Source of the DNA: Candidatus Aegiribacteria sp. | GTDB taxonomy: Bacteria > Fermentibacterota > Fermentibacteria > Fermentibacterales > JCC-6 | DNA: 31,943 nucleotides | Assembly: GCA_046498225.1 (NCBI GenBank) | Contig: JAWOBF010000052.1 | Coordinates: 1-31,943, forward strand | Direction: 5' to 3' | The notes under the pieces: generated by a model | Database searches by the model: none | The model's input: the letters and a program-made list of their open reading frames with translations, nothing else | Told to the model about the DNA's origin: nothing | Program-made: the position numbers and the translations under genes | Part shown: positions 17,113 to 25,517 of the stretch, piece by piece | Layout: the number at the start of each line of letters is the position of its first letter | How positions within the stretch are numbered: position 1 is the stretch's first letter

Positions 17113-19047
17113 ATGCTGGTAAACGGTTCGTCCCTGGGCGTGAGGTTCGGGGCGGAGGAGATATTCGATGACGTGAGCTTCTCCATCAACCGGGGCGACA
17201 GGGCCGCTCTGGTGGGAGTGAACGGGGCCGGGAAGACCACCCTCATAAGGCTGATAACTGGGGAGCTGGTCCCCACGTCCGGCGACCTTCACGTGTCCGC
17301 CGGCACCAGGGTCGCCCACCTGCCCCAGCAGATGAGCGGATTTCCGAAGGGACCTCTTCAGGACGCGGTGTGCAGGGAGGCCGGAGAGGCGGCGAAGGCC
17401 CTTCGCAGAATGGGGAGCATTCACAGGGACCTGGAGACCGCCCGGGACGAAAACAGGAAGAAACAGCTTCTGGACAGCCTCGCCGAAGCCCACGACCTGG
17501 CCGACTCCACCGATGCCTTCAGGCTCAGGTCCAACTCGGAGAAGGTACTGGCTGGACTGGGATTCTCCGAGGCCGACCTCTCCAGGCCGCTGGAGGAATT
17601 CTCCGGCGGCTGGAGAATGCGGGCCCAGCTCGCCTCGCTTCTGCTTTCCGACCCGGACCTGCTACTGCTGGACGAGCCCACCAACCACCTCGACCTGGAC
17701 GCCAGGATATGGCTGGAGGAGTACCTTACAAGGTTCGGCGGAGCCGTGTGGATAATCTCCCACGACCCGGGTTTCCTGGACCGCATAGTGAACAGGGTGT
17801 ACGAGCTGGAGTTCGGCAGCCTCACCTCCTACACGGGCAACTACTCCTTCTACGAGCGGAAGAAGAGGGAGGAGATAGCGCAGAGGGAGAAGCAGGCCAG
17901 GCATCAGGCTGAGCAGGTGGAGAGGATCCAGAGGTTCATAAAGCGTTTCAAGGCTACGGAAAGCAAGCGGTTCCAGGTCCGCAGCCGGGAGAAGATGCTG
18001 GAGCGGATGGAGATAGTTCAGACCCACAGGGACCCCAGGCACATCAGGCTCAGGTTCCCCGAACCTCCCGTGAGCGGGGAGATTGTGGCCAGGCTGGAGG
18101 ACGCGGGCAAGGTGTACGACAGTCCGGTGTTCAGCCATGTAGACCTTGTGATTACCCGGGGGGAGAAAGTGGGCATCGTGGGCAGGAACGGCGAGGGAAA
18201 GTCCACCCTCTCCAGGATACTGGCCGGGGAGGAACCTCCCACCACCGGAAGCTTCAGGCGGGGATCCCGGGTGGAGACGGGCTTCTACACCCAGGAGGTG
18301 GACCAGGGACTGGACCCCGATCTCAACCTGCTGGAGCAGCTCTCCATGGTCAGCCCGGAAAGCGGCGAAAAGGAGCTGAGGTCCATACTGGGCAGCTTCC
18401 TGTTCACAGGGGACGACGTCTACAAGAAGACCGGGGTGCTGTCCGGGGGTGAGAAGAGCCGGCTGGCCCTGGCCAGAATACTCCTGAGCCCGGTGAACTT
18501 CCTTATACTGGATGAGCCCACCAACCACCTTGACCTGTTCTCCCGGAAAGTGCTGAGCGAAGCCCTGGAGGAATACTCCGGAACACTTGTGCTCATAAGC
18601 CATGACGAGCAGCTGCTCTCGTCCCTGGTGGAGAAGGTGTACGAAGTTGGGGAGGGCAGGGTCGTGCTGTTCGGCGGCTCTTTCGACTACTACCTGGAGA
18701 AGAGGCAGCAGCGTATTCGAAGGGAGTTCGAGCCGGGTGAGAAGAAGCAGCCCGGCGGGAAGGCTCCCAGGGAGCTGGAAAGGGAAAGAAAGCGGCGGGA
18801 GGCAGACCGGAGGAAGCAGAAATACCGGGAGCAGAAGAAGCTGCGGCAGAGGATAGCCGGAATAGAGCGCAGACTTCTTCCCCTGGAGCAGAAGAGGGAG
18901 GAACTGGAGGGGCTTCTTCAGGACCCTGAAGTCATATCACAGACCTCCAGGCTGGTGGAGCTGCAGAAAGAGCATGCCTATGTCTGTCAGGAGATACAGA
19001 AGTATCAGGAGAGCTGGGACGGGCTGGCGGAAGAACTGGAGGACTAG
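17113..19047 (+). CDS. ABC-F family ATP-binding protein
   Basis: Two NBDs (GVNGAGKT/FSGGW/LLLDEPTNHLD and GRNGEGKS/LSGGE/LILDEPTNHLD), an inter-ABC linker, a C-terminal coiled coil and no TM segments. Confidence 0.95.
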   Translation: MLVNGSSLGVRFGAEEIFDDVSFSINRGDRAALVGVNGAGKTTLIRLITGELVPTSGDLHVSAGTRVAHLPQQMSGFPKGPLQDAVCREAGEAAKALRRMGSIHRDLETARDENRKKQLLDSLAEAHDLADSTDAFRLRSNSEKVLAGLGFSEADLSRPLEEFSGGWRMRAQLASLLLSDPDLLLLDEPTNHLDLDARIWLEEYLTRFGGAVWIISHDPGFLDRIVNRVYELEFGSLTSYTGNYSFYERKKREEIAQREKQARHQAEQVERIQRFIKRFKATESKRFQVRSREKMLERMEIVQTHRDPRHIRLRFPEPPVSGEIVARLEDAGKVYDSPVFSHVDLVITRGEKVGIVGRNGEGKSTLSRILAGEEPPTTGSFRRGSRVETGFYTQEVDQGLDPDLNLLEQLSMVSPESGEKELRSILGSFLFTGDDVYKKTGVLSGGEKSRLALARILLSPVNFLILDEPTNHLDLFSRKVLSEALEEYSGTLVLISHDEQLLSSLVEKVYEVGEGRVVLFGGSFDYYLEKRQQRIRREFEPGEKKQPGGKAPRELERERKRREADRRKQKYREQKKLRQRIAGIERRLLPLEQKREELEGLLQDPEVISQTSRLVELQKEHAYVCQEIQKYQESWDGLAEELED

Positions 19048-19157
19048 GGCGTCTTTCAACTGGAAGTAAACCGACTGATAAAGCGCACTGTGGATTTCCC
19101 TATGCATTACTGCGGAACGCTGCGCAGCGGAATTGCCGGCCCTATTTGGTGCGGTTG

Positions 19158-19913
19158 TTATGCTCTCCGTTTCTCAAAAAGGATATGAATCCACTTCGGA
19201 TGCGAACGATGAAAACGCTGTTGTTTATCTATGATAGAAAACGCCACTCTTGTCGCAACCTTCTGTAGAATATTGAGTTTGGGCGGCTCTATTAATTTGG
19301 CTCCGCAATGAATGCACGGTTCTCCCTGGTAATAAGGCCCATCCGGGTTTCCGGCAAAGTCAAGAAGGAACACCGATAGCGCATTGGTGCATTTGCTCTC
19401 TTCACCTACAAAAGACATTTTCCTGGCATCGCATCGGGGAAACAGTTTTTTCAATCGCAGCTCATCAAAACTATTGACATGCCCCCATGGAGGATTCCTT
19501 TTTCCGCATGTGTAACATTTTGTCCGGCATATTCTGATGTCTTGCTTGAAGGGGACGCCAATAAGAATATATCTATTCGCCACGCGTTCCAGCTCAGCAC
19601 ATGCTTTTTGAAGTTGTTCAGATGGAATGTGTTCGAGCACTTCAGCACAGAATACCAGATCATATTCCCCGCTCTCGAACTCCAGATCCGTAGCATCGCC
19701 TTTTACACATTGAATTCTCGGATGAGTAATGGATGGCTTTTCTAAATCGAGTGCTGTAACCTGATCAAATTTCTTTGCGAGCAATCTGGAAAACCAACCG
19801 TCTCGTGCCCCAATATCTAGAACTGACCCACGGCAATCATCCGGCAGAAGAGCCATCAAATCATTAGTTCTTACCTTTTCGATTTCTTCATTTCGATAAG
19901 CGACTAAATCCAT
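19158..19913 (-). CDS. Class I SAM-dependent methyltransferase
   Basis: Motifs VLDIGARDG, VTALDL, GDATDL and YDLVFCAEVLEH, plus two CxxC pairs in the C-terminal half. AT-rich relative to its flanks. Confidence 0.85.
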   Translation of the reverse strand: MDLVAYRNEEIEKVRTNDLMALLPDDCRGSVLDIGARDGWFSRLLAKKFDQVTALDLEKPSITHPRIQCVKGDATDLEFESGEYDLVFCAEVLEHIPSEQLQKACAELERVANRYILIGVPFKQDIRICRTKCYTCGKRNPPWGHVNSFDELRLKKLFPRCDARKMSFVGEESKCTNALSVFLLDFAGNPDGPYYQGEPCIHCGAKLIEPPKLNILQKVATRVAFSIIDKQQRFHRSHPKWIHILFEKRRA

Positions 19914-20014
19914 TTCTTGCTCCGTTCAATCTAGAGGCAAAACGCTTCAAATCAGCAGACTGCAACACCTGGATATTCGCTATGCGCAGTACTGCTGTAT
20001 TTGCTTGATCAGTG

Positions 20015-20353
20015 TTAACCTCCAATAATCTCGTTTAAACCTGCAAGAATTATAGCTAGTTCTTCAGGAGATATCCTAGTAATCTTCTTGCCAATACGTT
20101 TGATCGACAGAGTTCTGATCTGGCTGATCTTAACCCATGATTTTTTTGGTAGAGATGCATTCGATAATTCAAATGTCAGTGGAAATCCTGCTCGTGGTTC
20201 CATACTGGTCAGAGCGACGGCAATTACAGTGCCTGAACGGTCATTGAAAACATCGTTGCTGAGAACAAGTACCGGTCTTTCTCCTGATTGTTCATGTCCG
20301 ACTGTCGGATTCAGATCAGCCCAGAGAACATCACCTCTCAGTATTTCGGCCAT
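20015..20353 (-). CDS. mazF: Type II TA toxin, PemK/MazF family endoribonuclease
   Basis: RGDVLWADLNPTVGHEQSGERPVLVLS...QIRTLSIKRI is the PemK/MazF signature. Confidence 0.9.
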   Translation of the reverse strand: MAEILRGDVLWADLNPTVGHEQSGERPVLVLSNDVFNDRSGTVIAVALTSMEPRAGFPLTFELSNASLPKKSWVKISQIRTLSIKRIGKKITRISPEELAIILAGLNEIIGG

Positions 20354-20580
20354 GATCCAAGCTCACTGTTCATACCTTCTTCAGCTATAGCCATCTCTTC
20401 TTCAGGGTCCAGTTTTGCACATTCCCGCGCAAGACGATTACCATACTTTTTCTCAAGCATGTCCAGAATTGCCTTTTGTATGGCTCCGCTCCTACTGGGG
20501 AATTCCGCTTTTGCAACAAGTTCATCAAGTTGATGAAGCATTTCTTCACTGATACTGATCGCTATTTTTGCAGTACTCAT
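20338..20580 (-). CDS. Ribbon-helix-helix (CopG/NikR-like) antitoxin
   Basis: MSTAKIAISISEEMLHQLDELV...SRSGAIQKAI pattern, GGAGGT RBS, and a 16-nt overlap with the toxin start. Confidence 0.85.
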   Translation of the reverse strand: MSTAKIAISISEEMLHQLDELVAKAEFPSRSGAIQKAILDMLEKKYGNRLARECAKLDPEEEMAIAEEGMNSELGSWPKY

Positions 20581-20613
20581 GGTATCACCTCCGGTAATAC
20601 CATTGGTCATACC
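20581..20613. promoter_or_regulatory. Putative antitoxin operator: three GGT-N3-ACC boxes
   Basis: GGTATCACC (20581), GGTAATACC (20593) and GGTCATACC (20605) with an exact 12-bp period, directly upstream of the antitoxin ATG. Confidence 0.55.
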
Positions 20614-21012
20614 CTTTCGTTCGTCAAGGGTTAAAGATGATTATACAACAGCACGGTAACATCGCTGCCTGGTCATGCTGACTGAGAATAAAATCATTGA
20701 TAGAGAGGAGTAAATGATGTAATTTGACGCAAGATAGTAACACATATGTATGCTAACATCGGGATCTGAGGTTTTATGCAGCTGCAGTATAACATGGGAG
20801 AGAGGCTATCATGAGGAAAACCTCATCGAACCTGCCGTTCATATCACATATCTCGGCCGGCTTCAGTGATTCCTCGGCCCTGATTCAGGGCTGCCTCCGG
20901 TCCTTTTCCCTGGAATGACGGCGGGGTCTCGCCTGATCTTCGGGGGCTGTTATATTGCCCGATACAATGAAAACCGGGTCCCGCTCCACCTCCGCATGGA
21001 ACTGGGAGATAC

Positions 21013-22434
21013 TTGAGAACACCAAAGGCCACCCGCAACGTGGACATGACCTCCGGCTCCGTGCGGAGGAAGCTGCTTCTGCTGGCCTGGCCGGTGATGC
21101 TGGCGCACCTTCTGCAGACACTCTACAACCTCGTGGACGCCTTCTGGCTGGGCAAGCTGGGCCGGCAGGCGCTCACCGCTCCAACCATAACCATGCATGT
21201 GGTGTTCATAGGTTTCGCTCTGGCCATGGGACTGGGTGCGGCGGGAACCACTCTGGTAAGCCAGTACAAGGGCGCCGGCAGGGAAGACAGGGCAGCCTCT
21301 GTGGGCGGGCAGCTCCTCACCCTTCTGGTGGGCATCGGGATGGTGCTGGGAATAGCGGGATTCTTTCTCACCCCCCACATTCTCCGCCTTCTGCAGACGC
21401 CTCCGGACGCATGGAGCATGACCTACTCCTACATGCGCTGGATCTGGGCCGGCATACCCCTGCTCTTCGCATTCACCGTATACCAGGGAGTAAGCACCGG
21501 CCTGGGGGACACCATGGGCCCGATGCAGGTTACCCTTGTATCGGTGGTGCTCAACCTGGTACTGGACCCTCTGATGATATTCGGAGCCGGTCCCGTCCCG
21601 GCCATGGGGGTGGCGGGAGCTGCCATAGCCACCGTCTTCAGCCGGGGAGTAGCCGCGGTGATAGGGGTCGCAAGGCTGATAAGGGGCAGGCACGGTTTCA
21701 GGATAGGGTTCTCCCATATGAAGCCCGAACGCTCAACTGTGGGAAAGATACTGAGGATAGGCCTGCCGGTAGGCCTCGGGCAGATGGGTACCAGCCTGGG
21801 GTTCACCGTGATGATAGGAATAGTGAACTCCTTCGGGAGCGCCGTTACCGCCGCCTTCGGGGTGGGGAACAGGATAATCCACATGGCCATGGTGCCGGCC
21901 ATGGGGCTGAGCCAGGCCAACGCCACCGCTGTGGGTCAGAACCTGGGAGCGGGGAACGAGGCCAGGGCGGAGAAGTCCGTTCACAGCGCCCTTATTCTCA
22001 TCGGAGCCATACTCCTTCCCGTAACCGTGAGCATGTTCTTCTTCGGCGGGGATATCTCCAGGGCCTTCGTAGACGACCCGACTGTAGTGGAGCTGGGTAG
22101 GACCATGTTCAGGATAACGACCCCGTCGGTATTCGTGTTCGGCTTCCTCCTGGTAATCCTGGGCAGCTTTCAGGGAGCAGGCCATACAATGCCGGTGATG
22201 GTCCTGAACATGACCAGGCTGTGGGGGCTGAGGGTTCCCGGGGCCTATCTGCTGGCTTTCACCGCGGGCCTTGACGCCATGGGGATCTGGTGGGCGATGT
22301 TCATATCCAACACGGTCATAGCCATCTCCGGATGGCTGTGGTTCAGGACAGGGTCCTGGAAGAGGAAGGGCAGCCGACTTGTCAGGGACGAGAGGGAGCC
22401 GGGGCCCATATCCGCGTCCACGGACCTGGACTGA
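21013..22434 (+). CDS. MATE family efflux transporter
   Basis: N-terminal MTSGSVRRKLLLLAWP...LYNLVDAFWLGKLG, GDTMGPM, LNLVLDPLMIFG and MGVAGAAIAT, VGQNLGAG, with about 12 hydrophobic segments. Confidence 0.93.
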   Translation: MRTPKATRNVDMTSGSVRRKLLLLAWPVMLAHLLQTLYNLVDAFWLGKLGRQALTAPTITMHVVFIGFALAMGLGAAGTTLVSQYKGAGREDRAASVGGQLLTLLVGIGMVLGIAGFFLTPHILRLLQTPPDAWSMTYSYMRWIWAGIPLLFAFTVYQGVSTGLGDTMGPMQVTLVSVVLNLVLDPLMIFGAGPVPAMGVAGAAIATVFSRGVAAVIGVARLIRGRHGFRIGFSHMKPERSTVGKILRIGLPVGLGQMGTSLGFTVMIGIVNSFGSAVTAAFGVGNRIIHMAMVPAMGLSQANATAVGQNLGAGNEARAEKSVHSALILIGAILLPVTVSMFFFGGDISRAFVDDPTVVELGRTMFRITTPSVFVFGFLLVILGSFQGAGHTMPVMVLNMTRLWGLRVPGAYLLAFTAGLDAMGIWWAMFISNTVIAISGWLWFRTGSWKRKGSRLVRDEREPGPISASTDLD

Positions 22435-22497
22435 TACTGCGGCGGGGATATATTCACGCAGTTGCCTTGTTCAGGTCATATACAGGGAAGAGAGACC

Positions 22498-22791
22498 ATG
22501 CAGCTGATAGCCGGTGTGCCGGAGCTGCTTCCCGGTTTCGCAGCCGGGACCGCGGCCTTCATCATCATTCGAAAACGGAACGGTTCAGTGAACAACGACA
22601 GCGTAGCCCTGGTCGTAACCGTGTTCGTCCTGCTGGGTTCACTGCTCTTCGGAAGCCCGGTACCATATTCGGCATTCTGCAGCAAGCTGACCGCCATTGG
22701 TATCATCGCCCTTAATGCCCTGGTGGCGACCGTTGCGGCGATTGCCGCCGGTTACGGCATTTGGTTCCTTTTCATGAGAGAACGCCCCTGA
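22498..22791 (+). CDS. Small hypothetical membrane protein
   Basis: ATG after a purine-rich RBS-like tract and three hydrophobic segments. It fills the gap between MATE and the convergent operon. Confidence 0.5.
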   Translation: MQLIAGVPELLPGFAAGTAAFIIIRKRNGSVNNDSVALVVTVFVLLGSLLFGSPVPYSAFCSKLTAIGIIALNALVATVAAIAAGYGIWFLFMRERP

Positions 22792-22809
22792 TACCTTTGT
22801 TGCGGGTTC

Positions 22810-23961
22810 TCAGAGCCCTTCCGCCATTTCTGAGAAGTCCAATTGGACCACAGTCTCGTCGTGAGTTATTCCGTACAGCATGTATCCGTCGGCCATATAA
22901 ATATCGCTGAGCGACATTCCCGGATCGAAGGTATCCAGGTAGGTGCCGTCATTGTCGAAGACGATGAGATCGCCGAAGTCGCTCACCCAGACCCTTCCCA
23001 TGTGGTCGATGCAGAAGGATGTGGGGGAGGTGAACTGTCCCGGACGGTCCCCGTCGCTTCCGAACCTGTTAAGGAACCTGCCGCTGGGGCTGAACTTGAA
23101 GAAGCTGCCGTTGAAGGAACCGTAAGCGAAGATATTCCCGTCCCCGTCCACCGCAACATCGGTGTCCAGTTCAGAACTTCCGCTCTGGCTGCTGACAGCC
23201 TCCCTGATAACGAATTCCAGGCTTCCGTCGGGAGCGAACCTGACGATATCGTCCCGGTTGCAGTACCAGGAAGCGACCACGCTTCCGTCGTCGCATACCG
23301 CTACGTCATCGAACCCCCAGCCGTCAGGGTGATGAAGCTGGCCCAGAAGCTCTCCCGAGGCCGCGTCATGAATGTAGAGTTCGCTGTCGTACACCAGGAA
23401 GAGCCTTCCGTCCCTGGAGATGTCCATTCCGTGCAGATAGATCTGGTCGGACTTCCCGATTTCCCATTGCCCCGTATAGTCGCCCCGGGAGTCGAATATC
23501 TGAACCCTGCCGCTGGAGAACTCGCCCACGTAGATGTTACCCTGAGGGTCCACCCGGACGTGCGCCGCGTCCTGGAAGTAACCTGCTCTCATTCCCTCAC
23601 CGCCGAACTCCATCGCAACCGGGATGTCCGGACCGCCGGTGACGGCGGCAACCGGTCCCTGCAGCGCATCCTTGATCCGGGAGGAATTGACCAGCCAGAA
23701 TACCAGCGCGCCGGCGGCCATCACGATGACGATTATCAGGGGAACCAGGATGGTGGCACAGCTTTTCCCGGTGTGAGCCCTGCCCGGCGGCTGTATGCTC
23801 TCCGCCGGGAATGTCCCCGTCCACTCCTCCCCGTCATTCCCGGACATGTGCTCGGGGACAATGACCGTGCTGTCGCAGTAGGGGCAGGATAGAGATTTCT
23901 GCCCTTCGTCCACCTTCAGCGAGGCGCCGCACGAAGGACAGCTGAAGTTCCGGATTTTCAT
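22810..23961 (-). CDS. Zinc-ribbon + TM + NHL-repeat beta-propeller protein
   Basis: N-terminal CPSC...CPYC, one TM helix, and NHL-like repeats (VDPQGNIYV, VAVDGDGNIF, FGSDGDRPGQFTSP). Confidence 0.8.
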   Translation of the reverse strand: MKIRNFSCPSCGASLKVDEGQKSLSCPYCDSTVIVPEHMSGNDGEEWTGTFPAESIQPPGRAHTGKSCATILVPLIIVIVMAAGALVFWLVNSSRIKDALQGPVAAVTGGPDIPVAMEFGGEGMRAGYFQDAAHVRVDPQGNIYVGEFSSGRVQIFDSRGDYTGQWEIGKSDQIYLHGMDISRDGRLFLVYDSELYIHDAASGELLGQLHHPDGWGFDDVAVCDDGSVVASWYCNRDDIVRFAPDGSLEFVIREAVSSQSGSSELDTDVAVDGDGNIFAYGSFNGSFFKFSPSGRFLNRFGSDGDRPGQFTSPTSFCIDHMGRVWVSDFGDLIVFDNDGTYLDTFDPGMSLSDIYMADGYMLYGITHDETVVQLDFSEMAEGL

Positions 23962-25256
23962 CGTGTCCCCTCCATTCGAGCCATTCCTCCATCCTCTGGA
24001 TAGAGAATATTCATCAGTTCCATGGATACTTCCCTTACCCCCGCCGAGTCCACATTGCCGCCTTCGAGGTAGGACGCTCTGGTTACGGCGTTGCCGATCA
24101 GAGTGTTTCCCGGAGGTACCAGTACCGAAATGCGCAGTATATCCTGCAGCCGTGATTCAAGACTTACATCGGGAGTATTCCCGCGTTCACCGATAAGCCA
24201 CACGGAAACAGTGCCCGAGGCATCGCATTCAACATCGAAATGAGCGCTCTCGCCGGATACCGGGTATAGCTCCCTTCCTATCATCCTCTCCAGGACGGCC
24301 TTAAGCACCGGGGCCATCGCAGGGTTTTCGAATCTGCCAGGCAGATGGACCCTGACCGCGTTGGGTATCGCTGCGGCCCTGAAACCTCTCAGCGGGTGTT
24401 CCTCGCGGGGTTCCACCGGTCTGGGAACACTGTAGGACGCCGAAGGGGGCGGCAGCGGGGATGGCGCGGTACGCCACGGGCGGCCGATGCCCTCCCCCCG
24501 GATCCAGAGAAGGTGGTCGGAATCGTCTCTCCTGGGGTATATGGAAGCTATCAGGCTGTCCACGGCGGCAAATGCCCTTCCCCAGGTGTCCATGTAGACT
24601 GTATCGAGAGGGTGGGGTTCAACGGTTATGCCCATCAGGTTGGAAGGCGCGCTGCCGTGAACGCAGGTAAAGGAGAGTTCCACCGCTCCCTCCCCGGCCG
24701 GAACCAGCTCGGACCCGGTCCCCCTCCATGCGGCGGGTGCCAGGCTCCCCGCCGGTGAGTGTCCCGTCCAGAAGAAAGCGTTGCCTTCCTCCGGAGAACT
24801 CACCATCATCGTATCGGGTCCTCCCGCAAGCCACAGGCTCTTCCTCAGAGGCAGGCGGCCGGGGGGCGGGTCAAGACCGTCTTCGCTGAAGAGGATAACG
24901 GTGGAGGAGCAGGCGGCGGCCGGCGTCAGCTGCAGGCCGGAGCGAAGCGCCGAGTTATCGGCGGCGCCCTCCGCGGATGCCAGGGCCAGTGCGGAGCCCA
25001 GCATGTGCTCCCCGGTTCCCCGGGGGCATATGATGACGTAGCCCGACCAGCCGGCTCTCTGCACCATCATGCCGCTGCAGGCAAGGGTCCAGAACTCCTC
25101 CCTCTGGAAGGTGGTCATACCTTCCCAGGGCTCCCGGGGAAGCAGGCCGTCCTCCATCATCACCACCGCGATGTCGGCCGCATCGGTCAGCGGAGGAAGG
25201 TTGTGTACCGGAAAGCCCAGAGTTAACAACATCGGGATCAAGGGCAGAAGGGTCAA
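23958..25256 (-). CDS. Hypothetical exported protein
   Basis: 432-aa ORF with a hydrophobic N-terminus. It abuts the upstream stop and has an ATGA overlap with the downstream gene. Confidence 0.65.
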   Translation of the reverse strand: MTLLPLIPMLLTLGFPVHNLPPLTDAADIAVVMMEDGLLPREPWEGMTTFQREEFWTLACSGMMVQRAGWSGYVIICPRGTGEHMLGSALALASAEGAADNSALRSGLQLTPAAACSSTVILFSEDGLDPPPGRLPLRKSLWLAGGPDTMMVSSPEEGNAFFWTGHSPAGSLAPAAWRGTGSELVPAGEGAVELSFTCVHGSAPSNLMGITVEPHPLDTVYMDTWGRAFAAVDSLIASIYPRRDDSDHLLWIRGEGIGRPWRTAPSPLPPPSASYSVPRPVEPREEHPLRGFRAAAIPNAVRVHLPGRFENPAMAPVLKAVLERMIGRELYPVSGESAHFDVECDASGTVSVWLIGERGNTPDVSLESRLQDILRISVLVPPGNTLIGNAVTRASYLEGGNVDSAGVREVSMELMNILYPEDGGMARMEGTR

Positions 25257-25517
25257 TTACATGTCTCCCATCATCTCTTCAAGAGCCTCCGTTCGGGCGT
25301 TGGCCTGCTCGGCGGCTGAGTGACTATCATCTATGAGGCTCCGGGCTCCGGAGGGCGCTTCCCGGGGCTGAAGGATCTCCTCCGCGGAGGACCTCAGGGT
25401 TCCCCCGTTCTCGGAGGAGGTGGAGTCGGGAAGGGGTTCTGTCCCATCGCCGGCGCCGCATCCTGCTCCCGTCGAAAGAAGGACCGTCCCTGCGATTGTA
25501 ACGGCAAATATCTTCAC
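25257..25517 (-). CDS. Small putative lipoprotein
   Basis: MKIFAVTIAGTVLLSTGAG-C lipobox-like leader and a GTGA overlap with the hydF-like stop. Confidence 0.6.
   Translation of the reverse strand: MKIFAVTIAGTVLLSTGAGCGAGDGTEPLPDSTSSENGGTLRSSAEEILQPREAPSGARSLIDDSHSAAEQANARTEALEEMMGDM

Noticed and set aside
17113..19047. ABC-F as an antibiotic-resistance (ARE) factor
   Set aside because: Core-like GC content, no evident leader or attenuator, and an architecture compatible with housekeeping ABC-Fs. The subfamily cannot be assigned without HMMs.
20700..20918. AGGAG-ATG-ATG-TAA minigene and a 35-codon ORF starting at 20811
   Set aside because: Too short to support without homology or expression data, and may be chance in an AT-rich spacer.
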